DNA from: Octopus sinensis
Taxonomy: Eukaryota
Reading direction: 5' to 3'
NCBI RefSeq assembly: GCF_006345805.1
Contig: NC_043003.1
Coordinates: forward strand, 55,366,001-55,430,000
Length of the DNA stretch: 64,000 bases
A program made the translations under genes and the position numbers. The notes under the pieces were generated by a model that worked only from the letters and a program-made list of their open reading frames with translations, made no database searches and had not been told where the DNA came from. Shown piece by piece: positions 1 through 14,196 of the stretch (positions are counted from its first letter, which is position 1; each line of letters opens with the position of its first letter).

Positions 1-140
1 TCTTATGTACATATGACACTATATATATATATATATATATATGCGAGTGTGTGTGTGTGTTAGTGTGTGTGTGTGTGTGTGTGAGTGTGTGTAAACATCT
101 GCTTGACTACCGAATCTATCTATCTATATTTATATATATG

Positions 141-172
<32 letters not shown>

Positions 173-529
173 TGTATGTATGTATGTATGTATGTATGTA
201 TATATATAATGTCTACGTCTGGGTATTTATATGAAGCCCTTTTTGACAGTTGAATATCAGTTACAAAATTGTCCTCCTGCCTGAGAGACCTTACAACATG
301 CAATCAAGCAATATGCACTGGTAATTAGGGATATACATCAATTACCGATTATGCCAATGTTTAAACATAGATTATTAAGATATGCCATACGCAGATTGAT
401 AGAAATGAAATATTTCCCGACTATACATTTACAAGTAAGACACTTAGGATATTGTATTTCACCATTTTACCGTGGCATTAAGTATATGGGATAAATCTGT
501 CTGTCTATCTGTCTGTCTCTCTTTCTCTT

Positions 530-570
<41 letters not shown>

Positions 571-583
571 ATGTGTGTGTGTG

Positions 584-623
<40 letters not shown>

Positions 624-1462
624 TGTATCTATCTATCTATCTACATATCTCTCCACCTGTCTATCGACTTATATGCGAACTTTACCTTAGTCAAAATACA
701 TTTGTGACGTATTTCAACTCTCAAAGGCAAATTCACTGCAGTTACCTCGGAAAAAAATGTCTCACTTGTTGTAAAAAGTGTTAAAAAGATGATCTCTGTT
801 CACTGATGCTCCCTATCGGATTCCCAGAGGCGTGTCTAGCTCATTGGCTATTATCAATGAAAATATTCCGAAGACAGTTAATTCTGTATAGATTTTAAAT
901 CCGCAGCTTTAATTAAAACGCAGTTCTCAACAATGAATCGGTAGCACTATGAGACCGCCTGTTCGGAAGAAATCCAACAGTATCAGCATCAAGCAGTGTT
1001 TATGCTATTCTAGTTGTGTTAGTTGAAACATGTTTGTAACTCAATTCAACTTCTGAAGGCAAATTCAGTCACCGCGGGAAGGCAAATTCAGTCACTGTGG
1101 GGAAAATTCTAAAAAGTGTTAAAACATCATATCTTCCTAGTGCTCTCCCTGTTGGATTTCCAGATGCGTTAGTAGCTCGCTAAAACAGAGCAGATTTTAA
1201 AACCGTCGGTTTGGTATTTGAATAAATCCATTACAAAATTTAGAAGCGACTACTATACATTTTGAGAGGCAGGTGCATTTTCAAAACTAAGAAGAAATTC
1301 TCCGTTACTTTCTTCTGCGTGAGAATACACACACACACACACACACATACACACACACACACATACACACACACGCACGCACGCACACACACACACACAC
1401 ACACACACATTGTTCGTGCGTGGATGCTTGAATGTGTCTATATAAATATATATATTTTATTT

Positions 1463-1768
1463 ATGCGCCTTTTTCAAGTCTAGCCAGGCTCATGGGCCCG
1501 GTTTCCCAGTTCTATGGCGTATATGTTCCTCCCACCTGGATGGGACGCCAGTCCATCGTAGCGTTACTCAAGAAACAGGAAGAAAGAGTGAGAGGAATTT
1601 GGGGCGAAAGAGTACAACAGGGGTCACCACCACCCCCTGCCGGATCCTCGCAGAGCTTTGGGTGTTTTCACTCAATAAACACACACAACGCATGATCTGG
1701 GAATCGAAGCCGCGATCTTTCAACCGCGTGTCCGCTACCTGAACCACTGGGCCATTGCGCCGCCACAT
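1463..1768 (-). mobile_element. SINE group C (tRNA-derived head)
   Basis: The minus strand shows A-box tggcccagtgg and B-box gcttcgattcc; the body gatggactggcgtcccatccagg is shared with 19886-20133. Confidence 0.8.
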
Positions 1769-3179
1769 AAATATATATGTGTGTGTTTGTGTATTTATGT
1801 GTGTATGTGTCAGAGAGAAAAGGAGATAGAGAGAGTTAGAGAGGTAGTGAGTGAGAAAGAGGGAGGGAGAGAGGAAAGGAGAATGTGTATGTAAATATCA
1901 ATTTCTCAAATTTACCTGCTTCCAATCAAGGTACATAAGTTACGGTAGAAACCACTTACTAGATAGATTCCTTACTAGTAAGTGGACGACTCACGACTAA
2001 TTGACAGAAATGTTGTTATAAACTAAAACTGTTTTGACGTTAAGAGTATTTTAGTCTTGGCTAAACTTTCCAATTTGTCGTAAAACTGAAATGCGATGAG
2101 TAAGTGTTTCTATGAGATTTAGGCTTTCCGTAATACTAAAGAGTCTATTAGGCGAAGATTAGGTGCAGTTTATCTGCTGTGAAATAAAAATAATTTAACT
2201 GCCAGTTAAAAGTAACAAAATACAGTGGGGAGGATATTTTTTAAGCAATTCCAAAATTGCGTTGTATGACCGGTGTTCGAGATGGAGTGCTAGACAAGAG
2301 AAGGTTACGTTATAAGTTGGAAATTGGTGTAAACAGCAAGACAATGTCCCATGTCAGAGTTAGTAATATCAATTCCTTACGGGAGAGAACTGACAAATAT
2401 TTAATAGGCTAAAAAATCTCACGCACTCGTCTAAATCCTAATCGTGATTTTTAAAACATACTTTTATGTCGAAAAATACATACTACCATACAGGGAACTT
2501 TCGTTAACGGAAAGACAACATTCAAGCTATCTATCGTTCTACTAAGTTATATACACTCGATAGCCTACAGTTAATCGAGATATTAATACATGTTTAACAT
2601 CTTTTTAAATCATAGTTAAACAAAGATAGAAGTCGTCTCAGATTACCTATCTCCCACGAGTTTCCTTTGCCAAATATAACTATGATGAACATAATATTTC
2701 TTAAATACATTTAAGTTTTCAAGATTCTCATAAATCTGTAAGATATTTATATCATTATTTTAATTTTCTTTAAAGCTCACTAAGGACTTAGAGGACGCGT
2801 TTCTGATTTTCCATCAACTAGAATAGCATTAAGCGATGCTGCCTCACACTAAAATATATTTTTCGAGCTAGAACTACATTGAAATGAAGCTATAAAGTGT
2901 AATTATCAGGTTTAATCCAACCAATGGATATTTCAACATTCATTCCTTACCTGCCTCTTTCAATTGCTAAGCACAGATAACTCAAACCCTCCAAAAATGC
3001 TACATTCAAAACAGCAGAAAGGAAACGAGCTCATCATGGCTCTCAAAGGAAAGAAATATCTAACTCCAACCATTCTAGTAGATCACTTTCCCTATAGAAT
3101 TCGGGCTACAGGACACGTCAAATCAATAGCAAAAGGTTCAGTAGACAGATCGAAGTAAAAATTTAAACTTGATATTAGA

Positions 3180-3395
3180 AAGGCGGCGAGCTGGCAGAAT
3201 AGTTGGAACGCCAAGAAAAATGCTTAATATCATTTCATCCCACTTTAGCCTGAAAGATAAAATTCCACCAAGTTCTACTTTGTTTTCCCTTTTCGGATCG
3301 ATAAAATACGTATCAGTTGACCACTGGGGTGGATGTAATCGACTTAACGTACGTCTTCCCGAAATTGCTAGCTTCGTGCCAAAATTTTAAATCAA
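3180..3395 (+). mobile_element. SINE family B
   Basis: aaggcggcgagctggcagaat...gatgtaatcgactt. Confidence 0.75.
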
Positions 3396-3414
3396 TATTA
3401 ATTAGCAGTAATAT

Positions 3415-3553
3415 AGGCGTAGGAGTGCCTCTGTGGCAAGTAACTTGCTTATCAACCACATAGTTCCGTGTTCAGTCCCACTGCGTGCCACCTTGGGCAT
3501 GTGTCTTCTACTTGTGAGTGGATTTGGTAGACGGAAACTTAAAGAAGGCCGTC

Positions 3554-3585
<32 letters not shown>

Positions 3586-3609
3586 ATATTATATATATAT
3601 ATATTATAT

Positions 3610-3647
<38 letters not shown>

Positions 3648-3890
3648 TGTATGTATACATGTATGTATATTGTGTATACGTTTGTGTGTCTGTGTTTGTT
3701 GCCCCAACATCACTTCACAACCGATGCTTTTGTGTTACGTCCCCGTAACAAGCGGTTCGGCAATGGAGACCGATAGAATAAGTACTAGGCTTACAAAGAA
3801 TAAGTCCTGCAGTCGACTTGCTCTACTAAAGGCGGTGCTCCAGCAAGGCCACAGTCAAATGACTGAAACAAGTAAAAGACTAAAGAGTAA
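3415..3890 (+). mobile_element. SINE family A (tRNA-like head, CORE-like gcaccttgggca segment, internal microsatellite)
   Basis: ggcgtaggagtg..gtggcaag...gttcagtccc...; tail gactgaaacaagtaaaaga; more than 10 copies in the window. Confidence 0.85.
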
Positions 3891-4107
3891 GAAGACAAGA
3901 CTTGTTGACATATCTTATTAGATAATTTTCAAAAAGAAGTATCAAGAATTTAAACATTGAGAACACAATTAAACTTTAATGGATATATCAAACACGTATA
4001 TAGATATTTGTCTCTCATTAGGAAATGTGAGTTTCTTTAGCTGTGAATAAAAGCATTTTAGTAGTTTTTGTTAACTGAAGTGGTTTTTGCTAACAGCATC
4101 TTAGGAA

Positions 4108-4430
4108 GTGGTACTCCGTCGGTTAATACGAAGAGGGTTTCAAATGATCCGATGAACGTAACGGCTTCCTCGTAAAATTAACGTGCAAATGGTCGTGCAT
4201 GCCACATACACGTGTACCCTTAACGTAGTTCACAGGGAGATTCAGAGTGATATAGAATGTGATAAAGTTGGCCCTTTGAAACACAGGTACTGGTCACTTT
4301 TGCCTGCTGAATGGATTGCAGCAACGTGAAATAAAGTGTCTTGCTCAAGGACACAACGCATCGCTGGTAATCGAACTCACAACCTGAAATTTGTGATCTG
4401 GATACCCCTAACCATTAAATCACTTGCCTT
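4108..4430 (-). mobile_element. SINE group C
   Basis: tRNA-like head plus gtgtccttgagcaagacac core; body shared with 16836-17161. Confidence 0.8.
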
Positions 4431-4479
4431 TAGTCTGATAGACATATAAACGCAATAATTCGTTATATTTTTTACACAT

Positions 4480-4750
4480 TGGGATCGATGTAATCGATTT
4501 AATCCCTTCGTCTGTCCTTGTTTGTCCCCTCTGTGTTTAGCCCCCAGTAAGCAATAAAGAAATAAATAATTATTTATACTTTAGATGCAGGTCGTTTGTC
4601 TTTACGTTCTGAGTTCAAATTCCTACGCGGGCGACTATGCCTTTCTTCTTTTGCGGGGTAGATAAATTAAATACCAGTTGTGTACTGGATTCGATCTAAT
4701 CGCCTAGCCCTCTCCCCAAAGATTTCGGGACTTGTGCCTAGAATAAAAAA
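4480..4750 (+). mobile_element. Two SINE family B fragments with different tails
   Basis: 4480-4568 ends gcaataaagaaat; 4590-4750 ends cttgtgcctagaat. Confidence 0.7.
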
Positions 4751-5339
4751 GTATATTCTTGATGCATTTATTTACTTCTTTTGCTGGTTCGAGAATGGTG
4801 ACTGAATAACAAATAGGAAGATAGCTCAAAAGTAAAGCACAATAACAAAGTATATATAACATAAAAATTATAACGTGGGACTAAAATTTATTCATACATT
4901 TGCCATACAAAAATTTTACTCGTCAATGTTTTCTATGGAAAATAGTCTCATTTTTTAAAACCAAAATTCTGTAATTATTTACGAAATTACTCTAAATAAA
5001 TACATGAATAACTTTTATAAGCAGTGAATTCTTAGCAATATCTACTATAGTGCTTGCAGGCATCGATTATTTTCAGTTTTACTGTCTGGATCTAGAAACA
5101 TATATTTGAAAAGTAATGTAACTTACAACGTAGTTTTACGAAGCATATGTCAGTATTTAAATTTTCATCTACTCTTAATTCACTGGCGTGGTTGCCAGTT
5201 TTGGAGGTGACAACATCCAACGCAACAACTAGATATACGCAGACTCATCAACTATATATGCACACACATATACAATTACACACACACACACACATATATA
5301 TATATACGTACACACACACACACACATACACACACACAC

Positions 5340-5377
<38 letters not shown>

Positions 5378-5919
5378 ATAAGGTAGTCAGCAAATCCAAA
5401 AGGTAGGGTTTCTAGGATTTTCAAATTTATCATTCTCGAAATACGTTGCTAATGGAAATCAGTTTTTATAATTCGAATCCAGAAACGCGTCCATCATTAA
5501 TCGAAGGCTGTTTGATTTCGTTACTTTTTTCTTCTTTTTGCCTTTGTGAGTTACAAATATTGTTATCTGGCGGTAATATCTGTAGTGAAAAGGAATTAAC
5601 TGTCTTTGGCTGCTACTTCTAAATTTTCGTTATGTAGTGAAGCAAGTTGTTGCTAAACCCTTTATTATATATAATTATTTATAAAAAAAATAAAAAATTG
5701 TAGAAGTTACTAACGACAATGGTTCCTTTTCCATACCGAAACTACTTCGTAAAATTTGTTAATAATTAAATTAATAATTCTTTACCCTATATCTGTAATG
5801 AGTATGTATATATATATTGATAGTAATGCTAAGATAACAAAAGAATGAAAGAGACCTCGATTTATGTAAATAGAGGAATTTATCTGTAAATATAAAATGT
5901 GATAATTATTTGGTAGCCA

Positions 5920-5983
5920 TGATAAAACTCTGAGTTTCGGGTGTCGGGGCGGAAAATCCGCAATGGCATCTCTTCAGATACCA
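5920..5983 (-). ncRNA. Degenerate hammerhead motif
   Basis: tggtat-CTGAAGA-gatgcc..gcgga/tccgc..gacaccc-GAAA-ctcagag-TT-ttatca. Confidence 0.5.
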
Positions 5984-6373
5984 GGCCATCAAAGAATGCT
6001 ATGAAAATGGCAGTTAAACAAAGGGAAATTACTATGTGAGTGACCGTTATTAAGACAAAAGTGCTATTAGAATGACCGCTAAATGAGGGGAGAAAGTAAA
6101 AGGTAAAGTAGTTAATATGTTCATAGTAATCGCGTAAGTGCGCATGTCCATACATACACATGTGCGCCGGAACACCCACGTACATGCGCATGTATGCATA
6201 TGCTCATCCACGCTCACTGGAAACACACGCATGCGCACCCACACATTCGCTAAAAATATAAACATACCTGCACACACGCTCAGACACGCACACACGCGTA
6301 CAGTAGACGTGCATATGAATCATTTTTGTACGCGTGTGAATATTTGTATATATATAATTGTGTGCGCCTCTGT

Positions 6374-6405
<32 letters not shown>

Positions 6406-6591
6406 TTCCGCCCCTGTTCTTATGTCCTCGTAACTTTACATTTCGCCAAAAGATATCGATTGAGTGAGTTCCAAGCTTTAATTAGTACTGGGTTCGAAAT
6501 GGTCGACCAACATTTTTTTCTAACAGCCGTTCCAGCATGGCTGTAGCGTAATGATAGAACGAGTAAACAGTAAAAAGATGTATTTTTCTTG

Positions 6592-6984
6592 TATTCTTTT
6601 ATTTGTTTCAGTCATTTGACTGCGACCATGCTGGAGCACCGCCGTTAGTTGAGCAAATCCATCCCCAGAACTTATTCTTTGTAAGCCTACTACTTATTCT
6701 ATCGAGCTCTTTGCCGAAACGCTAAGTTACGGAGACGTAAACACACCAGCATCAGTTGTGAAGCGATGTTTGTGAGACAATCACAGACACACAAACATAT
6801 AAATAAATATATATATATATAAGATGGGCTTCTTTCAGTTTCCGTCTACCAAATCCACTCAAAAGGTTTTGGTCGGCCCGAGGCTATAGTAGAAGACACT
6901 TGCCCAAGGTGCCACACAGTAGGACTGAACTGGGAACCATTTGGCTGGTAAGCAAGCTACGTACCACACAGCCATTCCTGCGCT
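6592..6984 (-). mobile_element. SINE family A
   Basis: Reverse complement of the family A consensus. Confidence 0.85.
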
Positions 6985-7524
6985 TGTTTTTGAAGAATCC
7001 TGATACTTATTTAAAACACCCTTACATCTCCTTACATTCATTTACTTCTCTTGGAAATAATTTTGATATATCATCAAACATAAGCTTTAGTAATAAAATT
7101 TTTAAACAACCAATGGAATTTTCTTTGTGTGAAGAATATACGTAGCATTGAATCGGAAGATTTTATTTAGCAGACTATGCAATATTATCTCACAAAAAAG
7201 AATATATCAACATATATGGTTGATGTGCGTAGCTGTTGTTTCCATTCCACCATGTAATTGAAATAATTTTTTAACTATTCATGTCGTGTGGTATTACGTC
7301 TCATCTCTGTATAGAACCAGGATGGCAGAAACTCACATGCAAGAATAAGTGACTGAATTGTATATGAAAACATTCAGAGACACCCCTCTACATATTCCTG
7401 GCTAATTCGGTCGATTAATTATACGGGAAGATTTTTATGTCACTTACTAGAAAACTAAAGAATATTTTTAGATAAATAGGAAACAAGTGCGCTAATGCAC
7501 TGATCCTGTACACACACATAAATT

Positions 7525-7574
<50 letters not shown>

Positions 7575-7817
7575 AACAGCACTAATGTATGTTTGAATTT
7601 AGCAGGAAAAAGCTTGATTGTAAAGACGCCAATGTTATTTTGAAGGAACTTAAAGTGGATATGTTGAAATTTTCCTTCCACAATCTGAGAAGCTTAATTT
7701 TTAGGTTTCAAACATTAATAATATGCATACATGTACATATAAATATGCAAATATGCATGCATATTTATATATGCACACACACACAGACACACACAAACAC
7801 ACACACATATATATTTC

Positions 7818-9597
7818 CTTGACCTTCGACCCAACCCCCACACCCATTGGTCTGGCCGAACTTGTCCTCTCACTCAACTACTTCTCATTCGCAGGTGATT
7901 TTTACCAGGAAGTCTCGGGAGTGGCCATGGTAACGAGAATGGGCCCCCAACTATTCGAACCTGTTCGTTGGCTACGTTGAGGCCCAAATATTCTCAAGTT
8001 TCAGTGGTTCCACTCCCGAACTATACGACCATTATATTGACGACTTTATTGGTGCGACCTCACTCTCCCTCCAACATCTAGACTCCTTTTTCTCTTTTGT
8101 CAAATCTTTCTATCCTGCCCTCCACTTCTCCTGTACTATCTCTGACACCTCTGTCTCCTTTCTTGACATATCGTTCAGCATTTATCACTCCATTCTCACC
8201 AGCTCCATACACTACAAACACACAGACTCACACTCATACCCCACCTTCTCCTCCTCCCACCCTAAACACACCAAGCTTTCGATCCCCTATTCCCAATTTC
8301 TCCGTCTACGCAGACTCTGTAGTGACGACCATGACTTTGTGACTCAGACTGAACTCATGGCTTGCTACTTCATCCTACGTGGATACTCCTCACCACTATC
8401 CACACTCCCTTGCTAGAGTACGTTCCGTGGTTCGTGCATCTGCTCTCTCACCCCGCCCCCGCCCCGCCATCACCCATCACCCCGTTTCCCCTCACCTACC
8501 ACCCCACGACCCTACCTCACCAACGCACTATTCTCCGAGCTTTCCAGCGACTCCAGTCTTATCCCTCCACTTCACACATCTTCCCTAACCGAGTCCTCCC
8601 CTCCTTCAAACGAGCTCACGACCTACGTGACCTCTTGCACGTTCCCCTGCTGCCGCCCACGCTGCCGCCCACGCTGCCGCCCACGCTGCCGCACTTACCT
8701 CTGCAAAACCACTCTCCTCACCGGCACTCATCATCGATCCTATCACATCACCGACTCCTTCACCTGCACTTCTATCAATATCATCTACTGCATCTCCTGC
8801 ACTCTCTGCCTTTCTCTATACATCGGGCAAACGGGACGCCGCTTCGATGCCCGGTTCGCGAAACACCCGAGACATCCGACTCGGCTATGACATCCTCTCC
8901 TCTCTTGTTCCGACTCCTACTTCTCTTCTCTCCCACTCTCCTTCTCGCTTCTCTTCACTCCTACCCACCTTCTCCATTTCCTCTTCATCGTCACCCATCA
9001 CTCGTAAACCTTACACAGTCAACCCCATCTTCCCTATCCACCCACCACATCCCTAATGTCCACTCCCACATATCCCACCTCTAGCCCCCAACCTTGCTTT
9101 CCCACTCTCGCCTCTCCCAACTCCCAACACCACCATACCACAGCACACCAAACACCACTACACCATACACCATCATACTGCACAATACCACATGACATCA
9201 AATCACACCATTACGCACAGACTAGCACTGACCACTTCGCAAACCCACATCCGAACACGTACACATGCACACACGCACGCGTCAAGGTCACTAGCCCTCT
9301 TCCACACGCACATAATGTTCTCTTATACACACACACGGGCACCTTCATTTTGGGCTCACCACTACTTTATTATCTCCCCTTTCTCCTAGCTCTCCTACTC
9401 GGCATTCACCATGATAGATCGCTAGCCACTATACATTCTTTATTTTCTCTGCTTGTTTCTTTCTGCGTTCATTTCTGTGGACGTGCATAGGCTCGAAAGG
9501 TTGAAGACTTTTTCACTTCCCCAACATTAAACTAATGCATATGTTTGTTGTCTCCAGCACCTGTCTTCGTCTTTTTGTTTTTTGTGAATTCTCCCTA
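7818..9597 (+). mobile_element. Decayed Penelope-like retroelement (RT plus GIY-YIG, probably Neptune-type) with 3' pseudo-LTR tail
   Basis: Frameshifted pieces LAELVLSLNYFSF..FYQ.VSGVAM.TRMGP, YIDD, SFLDI, SIPYSQFLRLRRLCS, and GIY-YIG TCTS.NIIYCISC..C..LYIGQTGR. The tail matches solo copies at 21.3, 22.4 and 55.5 kb. Confidence 0.88.
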
Positions 9598-9619
9598 TAT
9601 ACACAGACACACACACACA

Positions 9620-9652
<33 letters not shown>

Positions 9653-9793
9653 ATATATATATATATATATAATATATATATATATAAAACAATATAAGAG
9701 AGTGGTCAATATATTGCTCACTCTATTGCCACTTGGTGTTGAATAAATATACTATTAAATTAGTATCTAATTCTCTCACCCTTATTAATTAAT

Positions 9794-9827
<34 letters not shown>

Positions 9828-9846
9828 ATATATATAAATAAATAAA

Positions 9847-9878
<32 letters not shown>

Positions 9879-9949
9879 TAATATATATATATATATATAT
9901 ATAATATATATATATATATTATATTACTTGTACTCTTATACACGTACGT

Positions 9950-10280
9950 TGCAGTCATTTGACTGGCCATGATGTAACACCGCCTTAGTCGAACAAATCT
10001 TCCCCAGAACTCATTCTTTGTAGGGCTTGTACTTATTCTATCGGTATCTTTTATCTAAACGCTAAGTTTCGGGGGCATAAGCATGTCAAAATTGGTTGTC
10101 AAGTGATGGTAAGGGGACAAACACAGACACAAAGGCACACATTCATAAGCAAATATAAATAAATAAATATATAAATAAATAAATAAATATAGTAAAAGAC
10201 ACCTGCCCAAATTGCCACGCAGTGGGAATGAAACCAGAATCATGTGGTTGGGAAGAAGTCTTCTTACGACACACACAGTC
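9950..10280 (-). mobile_element. SINE family A, degenerate
   Basis: Matches both the head and tail halves. Confidence 0.7.
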
Positions 10281-10653
10281 GTATATACACATATGTATAC
10301 ATACATATATGTATGATACTTGTCTACATTTGTGTGTGTATGTCTGCCATTCACACAGTTTTCGTCTAGCAAATTCTCTAACATTGGATTAGTCATCCAC
10401 TTGGCGGTATAGTAGAAGACGATTAGTGAAGATGGCATAGCTGCAATGTGAGCTCCTTATCTACGCCTTCATGCTCCTTAACTACGTACCCGTTCTCGCT
10501 CACACTCTCTCTGTCTCCTAACTCTCAGTAAGCTCTCCCTCTCATCCAGAGTCAACTCTAGGCGGCAGCAACAATAGTCCTCAGTAATTATCCCCACGCA
10601 TATATATATATATATATACAATAATATATATATATAATATATTATATATATAT

Positions 10654-10727
<74 letters not shown>

Positions 10728-10853
10728 GCATGTATGCATGTATGTATGTGTGTGTGTTATAGAGAGTAATGGAGAGAGAGAGAGAAAGAGAGAGTGTGAA
10801 AGTGAGAAAAATAGACTGGTAGTTAGGTAGACACATGTGTGTCTAAGTGTGTG

Positions 10854-10904
<51 letters not shown>

Positions 10905-11847
10905 GTATGTGTATGTGTATGTATATATATATATATATGTATATATAAATGTGTCTGTACACATTGATAAAGAGCGGGATATATAGTACACATATAGTAC
11001 ACATATATGTGTTTGCGTGTGTGTTTGTGTGTTCCCAAGATATGAAATCTCATATAAAAGAAGGTGAAATGCTGAGAGAATCAGTGGGACGAAGGAAATT
11101 AGATTCTGTTTGAATGTGAGCGAGAAAAGGAAGAAGGGGCGAAAGGCGGAATGTTTGCGTGATAGAGTTTGATTATTTGTATGTAGAGGAATTCTGAGAA
11201 TACTTTATACACAAGATGAAAATTTTATTGAAGTTTACAAAAGCTAATATGATAATGACATGGGCGTTTGTGAGTTATAATGTGTTATTATTTGTAATTA
11301 CACGTTATTTCTATTTATTTTACGAAGAAAAAATATAAAATAATTATAATAAGATCAAAAGCAACGCCTGAATTTCTGAATTCCTATTATTTATGTGTAG
11401 TATAGTTTAATGGTATTTGCTCTATTATATATTTAAACAGAACAGAAAAGCACATGACTAGCATTAACTATAGGTATATTTAGAAGTTAAACTAATTTGC
11501 ATGTCAAAAAGTTACGAGGAAAGTCTTTTGACAAGGCTCTATACAGCTCATGTTTGACATGAACTTTGAAATTGTTCAATACGAATATTCTATAAAGCCT
11601 ATTTCAGTATTCTTCTCTTGAGAACCACCAAAATAAAAAAGAAAAAAATAACAAAATAAGAAACAGCCTAAGTTTACTTAGCACGTACAATGTTGTATAC
11701 ATAATGAAGTTATTTATTTATTCTTACATTTGAATTGAAGCTGGATCAAATATTCTACAACTGTTGAAATATAATGCAATAAAATGTAATACAATATAAT
11801 GTTGACAGATTGATATAAAATGTACGACAGTTGTATAACGAATCCAG

Positions 11848-11920
<73 letters not shown>

Positions 11921-12359
11921 TACTTGTGAGTGTAAATATATGTAATATGAAAATAGTAATGTTCATTATAGCGGGGTGCATGCATCATATATTTCTGAAT
12001 CAAATGGTAGACCCTCTTTCTGCTAAATATAGTAGCAACATCTTCCTCAAATAACATATTTCTGCCACAAACAAGGATATTCAATTGAAAAACGCAATAT
12101 GATATATTAAATATATATGTATATATATATATATATATATAATATATATATATAATTATATAATATATATATATAATATATATATGTATAGGTGATATAT
12201 ATATAAAAACTTGATTATGGTAACGTTTTGAATATGCAAATGGAGCTCCTATTCCATTATGCCGGTTTATACACATGCATACATACATACATACATACAT
12301 AATACATACATACATACATACATACATACATACATACATACATACATACATGCATTTGT

Positions 12360-12397
<38 letters not shown>

Positions 12398-12684
12398 GTA
12401 TGTACGTATGCATGTACATAAATCTGGATTAGCCGTTTTTCAGAATGTACAAGATACGTGTAAAAGATTAAACTCCTATGTGATTAACGCATTATTACTA
12501 ATTACATTTCGCAAATAAAACTCCACGAAACACATTTCCATATTCATTAGGAATATATCTGAAACGCGGAATGTAATGAGCCTGATATAATGTACAATGC
12601 CGCTATGCATTCAATTCCCTATCCAGAGTGCTAAGAATTCTGCCAGCTCGCTCACAATAATAACAGCAATATTCATTCTGTCAA

Positions 12685-13306
12685 AAGCTGCCCAGCTGGC
12701 ATAATCATTAACACTTCGAACGAAATACCACTGAGTTTTTATTAGCGGCATTTTGTCCACCTATTAAGTTCTAATTTCATATGCCATCGAGATCAATTTT
12801 GCCCTGCATCCCTTCGAGGTCGATTAAATAAGCACCAGTTAAGTACTTGGTCATTGTCATCAGCGTGCTCCCTCCTCCGAATTTAACAGAATGAAAGCTG
12901 ACTTCGAATTTTGGCAGAATGCCAGTTGTTTGAGAGGGAAAGGTCTATTTGATAGTAACGACTTTAGTATTTCACTGGGATTTTATCGATCCCGAAAGTA
13001 TGGAAGGCTATGTTGACGTCGATAAACAAAGAACTGAGAACATAAAAAGCTGGAAGAAAAGTCACTAAGCCATTTCTCCAATGCCTTAAATAATAATAAT
13101 CCTTTCTACCAAAAGCAAAAGGCCTGACATTTTAAGGGACAAGTCGATTACATCGACCCCAGTGTTTCACTGGTACTTAATTTCTGGACCCAAACAGATG
13201 AAATCTAAAGTCGATCACGACTGAATTTGATCCAAAGTCATGCTGACGGACAAAATGCACCTAAGCATTTTACCTGGCGTGCTAACGAGTCTGACAATTA
13301 GCCGCC

Positions 13307-13310
<4 letters not shown>
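12685..13310. mobile_element. Cluster of three SINE family B copies (+ 12685-12880, - 12905-13088, - 13100-13310)
   Basis: Shared gtcgattacatcgacccc / actggtactta / gaatttgaac motifs. Confidence 0.7.
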
Positions 13311-13352
<42 letters not shown>

Positions 13353-13353
<1 letters not shown>

Positions 13354-13975
13354 TTCACTTATTTGCTACTAGGGTGAAGGATGAGGGCTTCAATAGAAAG
13401 ACAGACGTAAAGTGTTGGGGTTAACATATAATGAAATGATAACAAAGTATGTATACACGGTATACACTGAAAAGGAAGGGACATATGCAGAGCATATAAA
13501 GGTTAAAAAAATAGCGGAGAGGATGATAGAGATGTGGCCCTTTGTAGACAGGAAGGCCTTCAGGAATAATCGAGGAACACCGCTGTGCGAGATTTCCCTC
13601 AGAACCGAAGAACAAGTGCCCTCTCCAATTCCTTCTCTCCGAGTCACAGGTCTACACTCGGAGGTAACATCCAATCTTGCCATTTTCACAACTTTCACCC
13701 ATCTTTCAATACACTCACTCGAAGACATCGCTTCTCACTCAACTCTCAATTTCCTTTTCGAATGAAACTTGAAAACAATCAATGGGAGCTTTACGAAAGC
13801 GGAACGTATCTGCCCTCCACCAAACAACCTCTTTTGCCACAGCCACCAGGTAAAGGAAAACCGCTCTGCCTGACCGACTGAAGGAGGGCGGCGTGGCGAT
13901 CATCAGTACAGATTCGGCCAACTGACGGATCCGTCCCACACGTGACAGCAGCTGATCGACATAAACCCGGTCATT
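13353..13975 (-). mobile_element. 5'-truncated Tx1-like LINE fragment (ORF2 C-terminus plus a distinct 3' UTR)
   Basis: YVDQLLSRVGR..LAESV..IATPPSF.R.GRAVF..LVAVAKE.VWW and SSEC..RWV.V..MAR align with the end of ORF2 at 36137-36480. The 3' end abuts (AAT)n. Confidence 0.88.
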
Positions 13976-13989
13976 GAATAATAGCTCCC

Positions 13990-14196
13990 AATTTTGGAAC
14001 AAGGCTAGTAATTTAATTTCATGGAGTGAATCGGTTACTTGCATCCGTGTGCTCAACTGGTACTTATTTTATCGAACCTGGATGAATAAAAAGCAAAGTC
14101 AACCTCTGCAGAATTTGAACACAGAAGTTAAGACCGGATGAAATGCCGTTAAACATTTTGCCCGGCAAAGTAAATACTCTGCCACCTCGCACCCTT
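13990..14196 (-). mobile_element. SINE family B
   Basis: caactggtacttatttt...gaatttgaac...ctgccacctcgc. Confidence 0.7.

Noticed and set aside
1690-1768. tRNA genes at SINE heads
   Set aside because: Only A/B boxes are present, continuing into SINE bodies, with no complete cloverleaf.
5445-5497. gaaacgcgtc hammerhead 3' half (also on the minus strand near 2795)
   Set aside because: The 5' core is too degenerate (ctaatgg / ttgatgg) to call.
8362-9084. 240-aa Pro/His/Leu-rich ORF
   Set aside because: It is mostly an off-frame or mosaic reading of the decayed PLE.
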